From an uncultured Solirubrobacteraceae bacterium (GTDB lineage: Bacteria; Actinomycetota; Thermoleophilia; Solirubrobacterales; Solirubrobacteraceae), in contig CAVYHO010000001.1 in assembly GCA_963768375.1 (NCBI GenBank), positions 20,136 to 84,135 on the forward strand: a stretch of 64,000 nt of DNA, given 5' to 3'. The stretch's first letter is position 1. Every line of letters begins with the position of its first letter. Positions 54,940 to 64,000 of the stretch are shown here, piece by piece. The notes below the pieces were generated by a model that worked only from the letters and a program-made list of their open reading frames with translations, did not search any database and was not told the origin of the DNA. A program made the translations under genes and the position numbers.

Positions 54940-56475
54940 CTAAGAGCGCTTCGTCTTCTTGGACTTCTTCGAGCTCTTCGCCTTCTTGGAGCTCTTGGCC
55001 TTCGCCTTGGCGCAACTGGCGGCCTTCGCCTTGACCGCCTTGGACGCCTTCTTGGACTTCTTGGACTTGCTGGCCTTGGCGGAGACCTTCCCGCAGCTCG
55101 ACGAGCTGGCCGCGCGGTTGACGCCGCTGCCGCCGATCGGCGCGGTCGGGGCGGAGGCGGCGCTGGCGCTGCCGTCCGGGTTCGACGCGACCACTGTCAC
55201 CCGCAGGCGGCGACCGAGATCCTCGCTCGTCACCACGTAGGTGCCGGCCGTCTCGCCCTCGATGTTCTCCCAGCCGGCGTGCACGAGCCGCTGCCACTGG
55301 TACGTATAGTCGGTCGGGTCGTTGCTCCAGGTGCCGGCGCGGGCGGTCATCGTCGAGCCGCGGCGCGGGCTGCCGGCGACCCCCGGGGCCACGCTGGCCG
55401 CGGGCGCCTCGGGGACCCACAGGTTCCCGCCACCACACGCCGGGGCGATCTCGCCGCACCCTGCCAGGAAGGCGGAGTCGTACACGTTCCAGTGCGTCGC
55501 CAGGTAGGAGCCGGCCGCCGGGGCCGGGTTGAAGTAGTCGTCGCGGCCGCAGTCGAAGTTCTGCGGGATCGCGCCGGGGAGGCCCGCGCAGTCGGCGACC
55601 ATCTGGCTGCGCGCGCCGCCGTCCTCGGCGTAGCACATGACATCCGCGCCCTGGAAGCAGTGCCCGTACTGGGCGAGCGACTGGCCGAGCGGCTGCGTCG
55701 AGTGCGGCGCGCCCCACTGGACCGCGCCCAGGTTGTGCGACGCCTCGTGCAGGAAGCCCTCCGGCCACCAGCCCCAGCGGGCGGCGCCCGGCGCGGCGGC
55801 GCCGTCGCGGCTGAACAGGACCGAGGTCAGCCCGCCGCGATTGTGAATGTTGTTGCGGCCGGCCTGCTCGCCGGACGTGCCCATGATCGACTCGCCGAGC
55901 CCGTACTCCTGCGAGCCGCCGGCCAGGCCGTCGGCCAGGATCATCGTGTTGCGCGGATTCGCCGAGGCGCCGATCGCGTTGCGGACGGCGTTGCTGATCG
56001 CGCCGAAGTTGTCGGCGAACGCGGAGCGCGGGCCAGGCAGCGCGACGACCTGGATGTCGACGTACTGCGGGCCGCAGCGCGTGCCCATGTCGACCCGCAG
56101 GGCTTTGGTGCCGCCATCCTGGGCGCTCAGGAAGCGCTGGACGATCGCGACGTTGGCCTGCAGCGCGTCACGCCAGCCGCCGAAGCGGTTCGGGCGGTCG
56201 GCGGCGAACGCGTAGACGACCTTGAACTGGGCCTTGGTCGTCGTGTTCGGAAAGTCGGAGGTGATCTCGTCGCCGCACCACGTGGTCGGCAGGCCGTCCA
56301 CGCCGTCGCCCTGGGCCTGGGCGGTCGTGACCACCTCGGCGAGGTTGACGTCCATCAGCTGGCTGCGCGTATCGAAGTGCGTCAGCTTGTTCGGCTGATG
56401 CATCAGCGAGTACGTCGGGAGCGCGAGCGTCAGCAGCGCGAAGGCGGCGGCGCCGATGGAGTGGAGGCGGGTCAT
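54940..56475 (-). CDS. Secreted zinc-metallopeptidase-like protein with an Ig-like domain and a Lys-rich tail
   Basis: Signal/TM N-terminus; HEASHNLGA, HC...DVMCY; GTWSNDPTDYTYQWQR. Confidence 0.75.
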   Translation of the reverse strand: MTRLHSIGAAAFALLTLALPTYSLMHQPNKLTHFDTRSQLMDVNLAEVVTTAQAQGDGVDGLPTTWCGDEITSDFPNTTTKAQFKVVYAFAADRPNRFGGWRDALQANVAIVQRFLSAQDGGTKALRVDMGTRCGPQYVDIQVVALPGPRSAFADNFGAISNAVRNAIGASANPRNTMILADGLAGGSQEYGLGESIMGTSGEQAGRNNIHNRGGLTSVLFSRDGAAAPGAARWGWWPEGFLHEASHNLGAVQWGAPHSTQPLGQSLAQYGHCFQGADVMCYAEDGGARSQMVADCAGLPGAIPQNFDCGRDDYFNPAPAAGSYLATHWNVYDSAFLAGCGEIAPACGGGNLWVPEAPAASVAPGVAGSPRRGSTMTARAGTWSNDPTDYTYQWQRLVHAGWENIEGETAGTYVVTSEDLGRRLRVTVVASNPDGSASAASAPTAPIGGSGVNRAASSSSCGKVSAKASKSKKSKKASKAVKAKAASCAKAKAKSSKKAKSSKKSKKTKRS

Positions 56476-56486
56476 CCTGCCTCAAG

Positions 56487-56513
56487 TCATCGGCCTCTGT
56501 GTTTGATGCTTAA
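56487..56513 (-). promoter_or_regulatory. Sigma-28-like promoter TTAAG-N14-GCCGATGA
   Basis: Close to the FliA consensus; 11 bp upstream of the ATG at 56475. Confidence 0.65.
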
Positions 56514-57676
56514 ACGGCCTTGATCAGGTCCCGACCGGGTTCGATGCCCCACCGATCCGCGAGCTCGGTGAGCCCGGCGTCGAGCGGCCAGCGGTCCGGC
56601 AACGGCTCGCCCTCGAAGTCCGGATTGGCGCCCTTGAGCAGCATCGAGCCGGTGTTGTCGCCGATTGCCCGGATCGCGTCGACCTCTTCGGCGCTCAGCA
56701 CGCTCTCGGCGCCGACAGCGGCCAGCTCCGCGCGCTTGGCCTCGATCGACTTCGAGCTGCCCGGCTCCTCGATCAGCGTCGGCGCCACGCACGCCACCGG
56801 CCCGTGGGCCAGGTTCCAATGACAGGCGAGTTGCAGCGGCGTGAGCCCGTGGCGCTCCGCGATCGGGCGCATCCGATCGAGCTTGGCGCGGCCGGCCTCG
56901 ACCCACCCCGCGGGCCGGAAGCCGCGGTGGTCGTGGCGCGGGAACTCGTGGCCCTCGAGCACGTCGTCGTGGAAAAGCCCGCCGTAGTCGACGACGCGCG
57001 TGATCACCTTCACGCCGTGGCGCTCGGCCGCCGGCAGGACCAGCTCGCCGGGCCACGGCTCGAGCGGATTGAGGATCACCATCGCCCAGTCGATGCGGGC
57101 GCCGAAGCGCTCCAGGCAGCCGATCACGTCGAGCGTGAAGCCGTTGGCGGGGCCGGGCGCGACGCCCAACTCGCGCGTCAGCCCGTCGGCCCGGACGGCC
57201 TCCAGCGCGTCCCAGACGGCCTCGCTCGTGTAGCCAGTGCGGTCCGGGTTGTGCAGCAGCAACACGTCGAATGCGTCGACGCCGCAGCGCTCGAGACTGC
57301 GCTCCGTCGCCATCCGAACATAGTCCGCGTAGCCCTCGGGACCGCGCAGCCGCGGATCGGTGAATCGAGGGAAGCCCTTGGCACCTTCACGCTCGCCGGT
57401 GTAGAAGTCGTGCCCAATGGCACCGACCAGGGCGAATTCCGATCGCGGCACCCCCGCGAGAGAGCGGCCGAGCAGCGCGTCGGCCTCGCCGGCTCCGTAG
57501 GTGTCCGCAGTTATGAGAGTCGCGATACCCTGGCCGGGGTGTAGCAGGGCAGCGAGCCGGTCGTCGTCCACCGGTGTTCCGAAGTGCATGAAGCGGCCCC
57601 CGCTCCATGTCCCGATGGCGGCGCTTGTCAGCTCAGGCCAACCTTGTCCGGAAACGTGTTCACTCCAGGCCCCCAC
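56510..57676 (-). CDS. Aldo/keto reductase (start uncertain)
   Basis: IGTW, TADTYGAG, SLERCG..DVLLLHNPD, LQLACHW. Confidence 0.85.
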   Translation of the reverse strand: MGAWSEHVSGQGWPELTSAAIGTWSGGRFMHFGTPVDDDRLAALLHPGQGIATLITADTYGAGEADALLGRSLAGVPRSEFALVGAIGHDFYTGEREGAKGFPRFTDPRLRGPEGYADYVRMATERSLERCGVDAFDVLLLHNPDRTGYTSEAVWDALEAVRADGLTRELGVAPGPANGFTLDVIGCLERFGARIDWAMVILNPLEPWPGELVLPAAERHGVKVITRVVDYGGLFHDDVLEGHEFPRHDHRGFRPAGWVEAGRAKLDRMRPIAERHGLTPLQLACHWNLAHGPVACVAPTLIEEPGSSKSIEAKRAELAAVGAESVLSAEEVDAIRAIGDNTGSMLLKGANPDFEGEPLPDRWPLDAGLTELADRWGIEPGRDLIKAV

Positions 57677-57697
57677 GTGATGGCGGATGATACGAGG

Positions 57698-59593
57698 GTG
57701 ACGCATTCGCGCCCGGGCTACGCGTGCGCTCTCGCGCTGTTATGCGTGCTGGGCCTGAGCCTGCCTGCGGAGGCGCTGGCGTCGGACATCGTCGTCCGTC
57801 GCGACCCCGGCCTGACGTCCGCCGAGCGGGCCGACGTGCGCGCCGACGCAGGGGTCGAGCTCGAGCGGATGCTGCCGCTGGCGAACACCGAGCTGGTGAG
57901 CGTCCCGGCCGCCCGCGCGGATCGCGCGCTGGCGATCCTCAACGCCGATCCGGACGTCCGCTTCGCCGCGCCGGACGTCGCCGTCCACGCCGCCGCCGAG
58001 TTCGTGGAGCGGTCGTTGGCGAACCCCAACGACGCCGATGTCGACGGCCCCGAGGCGTGGGAGTATTCGGAGGGCCTGGGCGTCACGGTCGGCGTGGCCG
58101 ACATGTCGATCGGAGGTGAGCATCCCGATCTGCTCGGCAACGTCGAGGCGCAGGAGGACTTCGTCGGCGCCGACGGCTGTCAGACGGCCGCGCCCGTCGG
58201 CACCGTCGATCACGGCACCCATGTCGCCGGCCTGATCGCTGCGCAGCGCAACGGCGAAGGGACCGTCGGGCTCGCTCCGCTGGCTCACGTCAAGCCGCTG
58301 CGAACGCTCGACGACTGCGGCGTGGGCAAGCTCTCCGGCGTCGTGGCGGCGTTCGACTATGCCGGCCACGAGCAGATCCCGATCGTGTCGGCGTCGTTCG
58401 CGACCGACCCACTGCTGCCCGCTGAGGACAAGGAGGCGGTCGACGACGCGTTCACCACCGTCTTCGCGGACAACCCCGGGACGCTGTACGTGGTCGCGGC
58501 CGGCAATGAGGGCAACGACAACGACGAATCGCCCGTCTACCCGTGCAGCAACGAGGCCGAGAACCTGATCTGCGTCGGCATGACCGATATCGAGGACAAG
58601 CCGGTCTGCTGGGGCAACGTCGGCGAGGCGTCGGTCGACCTGTTCGCGCCCGGGATGAAGGTGTTCTCGACCGTGCGCGGCACCGTCCTCTACACGCAGC
58701 TCGAGGGCACCTCGGTCGCGACTCCGTTGGTCGCCGCGGCCGCGGCGCTGCTGGAGAGCCTGGACCCGCTGACGTACGGTCCCGAGGATCTCAAGCTGGC
58801 CCTGTTCAACACCGTCGACTACATCCCCGGCCTCGACACCTTCTCCAGCGCCGACGGGCGCCTGAACGCGGCGCGCGCGCTGCCTCCGCGTCCTCCCGGC
58901 CTGGGGCTCGGCGGTCCCGGCGGCGTGTGGACGTCGTGCGACACCGATCACGACGGCTTCCACGAGGCCGGCGACAAGTGCCCGGACGCGGTCGGCCCGG
59001 TGAACGGCTGCCCGGATCGCGACGGCGACGGCGTCCGCGACCTCGACGACAACTGCCCCGGCAAGTGGAACGACAAGCAGGCGGATCTCGACGCGGACCG
59101 GGTCGGCGACGCGTGCGACGACGACATCGACGGGGACACCAAGGCGAACGACGTCGAGGACCAGTGCCCGTTCGTGCCCGCGCCGACGCCGGACGGCTGC
59201 CCGGCGCAGCCGCCACTGCCCCCGCAACCCGGCCCGTCGCCGACGCCGCCGTCACCGCCGCCGCCACCGCAGCCGCCGATCGTCGAGGCGACGCGGATCG
59301 TCTCGGTCAAGGTCGCCGTGCGCTGCGCGCGCCGGAATCCGTGCCGGAAGGCGGCGAAGGTCACCGTGCGCGTCTCGCGCGACGCTCGCGTCGCGCTGAA
59401 GGTGGAGCAGCGGGTGCGCAAGCGCGGCCGGCTGCGGTGGACGCGGATCACATCGCGCTCGCTCGCGGCCACCGCCGGCGGGCGCAGCCTGACCGTGCGC
59501 GGCAAGCGCGGCCGCAGCCTGGCCAAGGGGTCCTATCGCGTGACCGTGACGCTGCCCGGCGCCGCCGCGTCCGCGCGCAACTTCAAGGTGTGA
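57698..59593 (+). CDS. Secreted S8 subtilase with thrombospondin type-3 repeats, a Pro linker and a basic C-terminal domain
   Basis: VGVAD, HGTHVAG, AAGN, GTSVATP; DxDGDGVxDxxDNCP repeats. Confidence 0.9.
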   Translation: MTHSRPGYACALALLCVLGLSLPAEALASDIVVRRDPGLTSAERADVRADAGVELERMLPLANTELVSVPAARADRALAILNADPDVRFAAPDVAVHAAAEFVERSLANPNDADVDGPEAWEYSEGLGVTVGVADMSIGGEHPDLLGNVEAQEDFVGADGCQTAAPVGTVDHGTHVAGLIAAQRNGEGTVGLAPLAHVKPLRTLDDCGVGKLSGVVAAFDYAGHEQIPIVSASFATDPLLPAEDKEAVDDAFTTVFADNPGTLYVVAAGNEGNDNDESPVYPCSNEAENLICVGMTDIEDKPVCWGNVGEASVDLFAPGMKVFSTVRGTVLYTQLEGTSVATPLVAAAAALLESLDPLTYGPEDLKLALFNTVDYIPGLDTFSSADGRLNAARALPPRPPGLGLGGPGGVWTSCDTDHDGFHEAGDKCPDAVGPVNGCPDRDGDGVRDLDDNCPGKWNDKQADLDADRVGDACDDDIDGDTKANDVEDQCPFVPAPTPDGCPAQPPLPPQPGPSPTPPSPPPPPQPPIVEATRIVSVKVAVRCARRNPCRKAAKVTVRVSRDARVALKVEQRVRKRGRLRWTRITSRSLAATAGGRSLTVRGKRGRSLAKGSYRVTVTLPGAAASARNFKV

Positions 59594-60285
59594 GCGACTG
59601 CCGGCTGGGCGTCATCGCCCTCGGAGACTCGATCACGAACGGTGGCGGCGAGCTGCAGTGGGGCGTCGCGCTGCAGTCTTGGGCGCTGTGGGTGGCGCGC
59701 GGTCTCGCGCTCCCGTACACCGGCCATGCGATCGACGGCGCGCGCATCGGCGACGTCGTGCGCGGACAGCTGCCGCGGCTCGATCACCGGCATTACGACC
59801 TCGGCTGCCTGTACGCGGGCGTCAACGACGTGCGCGCGCCGGACTGGGACTCGGGCGCATTCGCCGCCGACTACGCGACCGCGCTCGCTGCGCTGGCGGC
59901 GTGCTGCGACCGGCTGCTCGTCGTGACCATTCCGCTCGACCTCGGCCGCCCGCGTGCGGGCGCGCGGGTCGAGGAGGCCAACCGGATCATCGAAGCCGCC
60001 GGCCGGGCGCACGGCGCGCTCGTCGTGGACCTGCGCGAATTCGGCGCCCGCAACCTGGTGATGACCGACCACGTCCACCCGACCGCGTTCGGGCAGGTGT
60101 GGATCGCCGAGCGCGCGCTCGAGATGCTGATGATGGACGTGCGCGTGCGGCCCTCGTCACTGATCGCGCCCGGCTCCCGCACGCGGCTGCGCGCGCTGCA
60201 GGGCGACTGGACCTACGTGTACCGGCGGCTCAAGGTTGCGGCTCGGGAGCTTCGGCACGCGGCGGTGGCGCGCCGAGCTGTTTGA
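59590..60285 (+). CDS. SGNH/GDSL hydrolase
   Basis: LGDSIT, AGVND, DHVHP. Confidence 0.88.
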   Translation: MSDCRLGVIALGDSITNGGGELQWGVALQSWALWVARGLALPYTGHAIDGARIGDVVRGQLPRLDHRHYDLGCLYAGVNDVRAPDWDSGAFAADYATALAALAACCDRLLVVTIPLDLGRPRAGARVEEANRIIEAAGRAHGALVVDLREFGARNLVMTDHVHPTAFGQVWIAERALEMLMMDVRVRPSSLIAPGSRTRLRALQGDWTYVYRRLKVAARELRHAAVARRAV

Positions 60286-60877
60286 GCCGCTTCGGCGTCA
60301 GCCGGTAGCTGGCGAACATCAGCAGCCCGAACGCGGGCCAGCCGATCACGATCGACGCCGCCGCCAGCAGGCCGACGCGGCCGGTCACGATCAGGAACAG
60401 GTACAACGCGGCGCGGAACCCGAACAGCGCCGCCCATGCGAGCGTCAGCTCGGTCATCGCCCGGCGCACGGCCGGCAGCTGCCGCCAGCCGGGGTCGGCG
60501 CGGTAGAGCGTCGCGATGATGAAGCCGGTCAACGGCTGGCGGATCAGCACCGAGCCGGCGAACACGACGGCGTACGCGAGCTGGACCAGCATCCGCGGCA
60601 CGAAGTAGCCCTCGGGGCGGCCGCTGCGGACGGCGATGAACGCCGCCAGCCCGGTGCCGAGAAGGCCGCCGAGGGCGTTGACGACGGGCTTCCGTCGGAT
60701 CAGGCGTTCCACGAACAGCACGACGCCGAGGCCGACGGCGACCGCCGCCGCCGTGTTGAGCCCGAAGATCGCGTAGACGAAGACGAACGCGACCGGTCCC
60801 GCGCCCGTGTCGAGGATCGCCCGCTTGTCGCGGAGCAGATCCAGCGGACTGGGCGGGTGCTCGGGTGGCGTGCTCAC
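60230..60877 (-). CDS. DUF3159-like membrane protein
   Basis: Multi-TM; SGRPEGYF, SVLIRQPL, GWP. Confidence 0.75.
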   Translation of the reverse strand: MSTPPEHPPSPLDLLRDKRAILDTGAGPVAFVFVYAIFGLNTAAAVAVGLGVVLFVERLIRRKPVVNALGGLLGTGLAAFIAVRSGRPEGYFVPRMLVQLAYAVVFAGSVLIRQPLTGFIIATLYRADPGWRQLPAVRRAMTELTLAWAALFGFRAALYLFLIVTGRVGLLAAASIVIGWPAFGLLMFASYRLTPKRLKQLGAPPPRAEAPEPQP

Positions 60878-61782
60878 CCGGGCTTGCGGGCCGCGAGCAT
60901 GAGGTTGTAGAAGATCCGCGGCGGCAGGCGGGGCTCGAGCACTGCGCGGTCGACGCGCTGGAGCAGGATGTAGCCGCGGTAGGCGTACTGGATCCAGGCC
61001 CACGGCACGTCCTTGGGCTCGGCGCTGGCCTCCAGCGTGCGGTTGAACCAGCCGAACCAGTTCGCCAGCAGTTCCTCGCCGCGCACGCGCACGTCGGTGA
61101 AGCCGCCGGCGCGCGCGTGGCGCTCGAGGTCGGCGGGGACGAACGCGTGCACGTCGACGACGGCCTCGAGCGCGTGCTCGTCCTGCTCGGCGCCCTGGTA
61201 CGGCGGCGCGGGGCGGGCCTTCATGATGCGCCGCCAGGCCGGCGCGAGTCGCACCGCGGCCTGCTTGGGGACGGCCGCGATCCGGTCGCCCGACTGCGAG
61301 GGCTCACCGGCGAAGAACAGCATTCCGCCGGGCTTGAGCACGCGCGCGAACTCTTCGAAGTTGCGGTCGAGGTCGGGCAGGTGGTGCAGCACGGCGTGGC
61401 CGAGCACCAGGTCGAAGCTCTCGTCGTCGAACGGGAGTTCGGCGGCGTCGCACGCGGCGGTCTCGACATCGAGACCGAGCCCGCTCGCGTTCTGTTCGAG
61501 CGTCGCCAGCATGCCGGGGCTGATGTCCGTGCAGGTGGCCTGCCCGACGACGCCCGTCTGGAGCAGGTTGAGGCTGAAGTAGCCGGTGCCGGCGCCGATC
61601 TCAAGCGAGCGCGCGAACGGGCCCGGCTTCGGGCCGAGCAGCTTGGTGATCTTGCCCAGCACCTGCTGGTGGCCGATCTCGCCGAATGAGATGCCCCACT
61701 TGGCGTCGTAGGACTCGGCCGCGACGTCGTGGTAGCGGCGGTTGACGTCGAGGATCTCGTGCTCGGTCGGCGGCGCGGCCAT
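60874..61782 (-). CDS. Class I SAM-dependent methyltransferase
   Basis: LEIGAGTG, DISPGML, LPFDDESFDLV, LKPGG. Alternative ATG at 61791. Confidence 0.92.
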   Translation of the reverse strand: MAAPPTEHEILDVNRRYHDVAAESYDAKWGISFGEIGHQQVLGKITKLLGPKPGPFARSLEIGAGTGYFSLNLLQTGVVGQATCTDISPGMLATLEQNASGLGLDVETAACDAAELPFDDESFDLVLGHAVLHHLPDLDRNFEEFARVLKPGGMLFFAGEPSQSGDRIAAVPKQAAVRLAPAWRRIMKARPAPPYQGAEQDEHALEAVVDVHAFVPADLERHARAGGFTDVRVRGEELLANWFGWFNRTLEASAEPKDVPWAWIQYAYRGYILLQRVDRAVLEPRLPPRIFYNLMLAARKPG

Positions 61783-61799
61783 GCGGCCCATGAGCCTAG

Positions 61800-61907
61800 C
61801 TACGAGTTCGTGCGCGCCGCGGCGGCTGCCGCTGGAGACGGCGTGAGGAGGAGAGTCGCACTCGTCCCCAGCCAGAGGAGGCGCCACCTGCGGCGCGCAC
61901 GAGTCAT
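61800..61907 (-). other. 35-codon signal-peptide-like ORF coupled to the S8 gene
   Basis: ATGA overlap; MTRARRRWRLLWLGTSATLLLTPSPAAAAAARTNS*. Confidence 0.4.
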
Positions 61908-63199
61908 CGCCGCCCCGCCGTGACGCGGGCGGACGCGGTCGCGAGCGTGCGACCGTCGGCGGCGAGTGCGGTGACCGAGACGCGGCGTCCGGCGCGCCCG
62001 CGCCACGCGATCGTCAGCACGCGGCCGCCGCCGCGGGCGCGGATGACGACGCGTCCGTCGAGCCGCACGACGAGCCGGCGCACGACCTGGGTCGCTCCGC
62101 GCAGCGCGACCTGGACGCGCATCACGCGGCCGTGGCGGGTCGCCAGCAGTACGCGGGCGCGCGGCGGTCGGCCGAGCTCGAGGCTGGTCGCGCGGGTGGC
62201 GCCGAGCACCGAGCCGAGCGCGTCCACGATCCCGGCGCCGACGGCCGCGTCGGTGTGGACGGCGTGCTCGAGCAATTGCGCGCGCAGCTCCGGGCCCGTC
62301 AGCTGCGGCGCGGCGGCGGCCATCAGCGCGAGGACGCCGGTCACGTGCGGCGCGGCCATCGAGGTGCCGGACTTCGACTCGTAGCCGCCGGTGCGCGACG
62401 TCGAGACGACCTCGGCGCCGGGTGCCGCCACCGGGACCGTCAGCCGGCCGTAGTTCGAGAACGACTCCAGCGCGTACTGGTTGGCCTGGCCGGTCGCGGC
62501 GACCCCGATCAGGTTGGGCGCCGCGATCGACACCGGGTACAGCCGCTTGCGGTCGAGATCGGTGCCGCCGTTGCCAGCGGAGCAGACGATCAGCACGTCG
62601 GCCGCGGCCGCCGCTTTGACGGCCGCGCGCACGCGCGTGTCGTCGTCGGGGCTCTGGACGCTCAGGTTGATGATCCGCGCGCCGTTGGCGGCGGCGTAGC
62701 GGATGCCCTCGGCGACGGTACGGGTGTTGCCGCGGCCGCGCTCGTCGAGCACCTTGACCGTCATCAGCCGCGCGCGGTACGCGACGCCGACCACGCCGCC
62801 CTGGTTGCCCGCCGCCGCGATCGTGCCGGACACGTGGGTGCCGTGGCCGAAGCCGTCATGCAGGTCCTGGTTCGATCCCCGGCGGGTGAGGTTGACGCCA
62901 TGGACGTCGTCGACGTAGCCGTTGCCGTCATCGTCGCGGCGGTTGCCGGCGACCTCGAACGGGTTGCGCCAGGCGTTCGGCGCCAGGTCGGGGTGCTGGA
63001 GCCGGGCCCCGGAGTCGATCACCGCGACGATCACGCCGGCGCCCTGGGAGAGCTGCCAGGCGCCCGGAAGGTTGAGCACGGCTCCGGGCGCGATCGCCCA
63101 CTGCTCGCTCGGTAGCGGGTCGGCGCGGACCTCTTCTGCGCAGGCGACGACGAGCGCGAGCGCCGTGACAGCGGCCAGGATTTCGGACCGGTGGGGCAA
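61904..63199 (-). CDS. Secreted S8 subtilase with an Arg-rich C-terminal domain
   Basis: VAVIDSG, HGTHVSG, SAGN, GTSMAAPHV. Confidence 0.92.
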   Translation of the reverse strand: MPHRSEILAAVTALALVVACAEEVRADPLPSEQWAIAPGAVLNLPGAWQLSQGAGVIVAVIDSGARLQHPDLAPNAWRNPFEVAGNRRDDDGNGYVDDVHGVNLTRRGSNQDLHDGFGHGTHVSGTIAAAGNQGGVVGVAYRARLMTVKVLDERGRGNTRTVAEGIRYAAANGARIINLSVQSPDDDTRVRAAVKAAAAADVLIVCSAGNGGTDLDRKRLYPVSIAAPNLIGVAATGQANQYALESFSNYGRLTVPVAAPGAEVVSTSRTGGYESKSGTSMAAPHVTGVLALMAAAAPQLTGPELRAQLLEHAVHTDAAVGAGIVDALGSVLGATRATSLELGRPPRARVLLATRHGRVMRVQVALRGATQVVRRLVVRLDGRVVIRARGGGRVLTIAWRGRAGRRVSVTALAADGRTLATASARVTAGRR

Positions 63200-63240
63200 C
63201 GGACCTGCCTCCCTTCGAGCACCGACCCTACCTGCGAAAT

Positions 63241-63255
63241 GTTGATGAGATCAAC
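63241..63255. promoter_or_regulatory. Palindrome GTTGAT-N3-ATCAAC upstream of the S8 gene
   Basis: AT-rich inverted repeat just upstream of a TAGGGT -10-like hexamer on the minus strand. Confidence 0.45.
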
Positions 63256-63288
63256 TGACGGTCTGCATACGGACCCGGCGCCGGCGCG

Positions 63289-63999
63289 CTACTGGGGCGG
63301 GACCACGTAGCGCGTCCGGATCACCCGCTTCGCCGTCGCGTCGCGGGCGATCCAGCGCAGGAACCGGGCGAGAGCGCCGCGTGGTTTGCCGCGAGTGACC
63401 AGCCCGATCTCGCGGCGCGCCGGATATGGCTCGCGCGCCGAGCACGGGATGCCCGCGTACGCGACCGTGTGCAGGCCGGGCGTGAACGCCAGGTCCAGAT
63501 AGCCCCAGGCCGCCGGGGTGACGAGCAGGAACGCGCGGACCTGGGCGGTGGCCGTGAACGTGTGCGGTGCGTACGCGATCGGCGTCTCGAGGTCGACGAA
63601 CGCGGACATGAACACCGAGCGGGCGCCGGAGGTGAGGTCGAACGCCACCGGGGCGATCGGGTCGCGCAAGGACGAGCCGGCCACCTCCGGCCAGGTCGCG
63701 AGCCGTCCCGCGACGAGACTCTGGATCTGGGCGCGCGAGAGGGTGGCGATCGGGTTCGCGACGTTGGTGACGAGACACACCGCGCTGAGCGCGAGCGTCG
63801 TGAAGACCAGGCCGGGTGGGTCGTCGGCGACCAGCGTGCGGCCGGACATGCCGGCGTCGACGATCCCGCGTGCGGCGTCCGCGATCCCCGTTCCCGTGCC
63901 CCCGCCGACGATCGCGAACCGCGGCGCGCGCGGCGTCTCGCGGCGATAGAAGAACGCGAGATCGGCGACCAGCGCCTGCACCGGGCTGGCGCCGCTCAT
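63289..63999 (-). CDS. PstS-like periplasmic-binding-protein-fold protein, 5'-truncated by the window edge
   Basis: GGGTGTGI, DAGMSGR, N.ANP..LS..QI...G....W, SGAR..F, YPARR. Confidence 0.75.
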   Translation of the reverse strand: MSGASPVQALVADLAFFYRRETPRAPRFAIVGGGTGTGIADAARGIVDAGMSGRTLVADDPPGLVFTTLALSAVCLVTNVANPIATLSRAQIQSLVAGRLATWPEVAGSSLRDPIAPVAFDLTSGARSVFMSAFVDLETPIAYAPHTFTATAQVRAFLLVTPAAWGYLDLAFTPGLHTVAYAGIPCSAREPYPARREIGLVTRGKPRGALARFLRWIARDATAKRVIRTRYVVPPQ

Positions 64000-64000
64000 C

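Noticed and set aside
54945-55085. Short tandem repeats (CTTCTTGGA-like) resembling an array
   Set aside because: They encode the Lys/Ser/Ala low-complexity tail; there is no repeat-spacer structure, so not CRISPR
58930-59200. Repeated GACGGCGAC-type motifs
   Set aside because: Explained by thrombospondin type-3 protein repeats
63289-63999. pstS gene symbol
   Set aside because: Diverged, truncated by the window edge, and no pstCAB downstream, so the ligand is uncertain
1-64000. Mobile elements, prophage, rRNA/tRNA, riboswitches, defence systems
   Set aside because: No recognisable genes or structures, and intergenic spaces are mostly very short; a covariance-model search was not possible

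Overview
A 64-kb, very GC-rich, gene-dense chromosomal window from an actinobacterium. Gene content and protein style suggest Thermoleophilia/Solirubrobacterales (inference). I see about 65 credible CDS and no rRNA, tRNA, CRISPR array, transposase or integrase. Main blocks: (1) a MoxR-VWA / Mo-hydroxylase / PxpA / SatP operon; (2) a PucR-controlled symporter, ureohydrolase and ThDP-decarboxylase cluster; (3) an ApbE flavinylation module; (4) a divergent pair of a membrane PAS-GGDEF-EAL protein and an alpha-oxoamine-synthase/GNAT fusion, driven by back-to-back sigma-28-like promoters; (5) sugar and Drr-type ABC transporters; (6) two paralogous Ser/Thr kinases flanking an FHA-HTH gene; (7) an EAL/HDOD protein, a two-component system and an ECF sigma/anti-sigma pair; (8) several secreted proteases. 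Block 4 is my top candidate for an undescribed signal-synthase/receptor system. Three genes carry single +1 frameshifts, possibly sequencing errors, and many genes appear leaderless. All product calls come from motif recognition by eye, with no database searches. Many start codons were moved downstream of the ORF-track starts.
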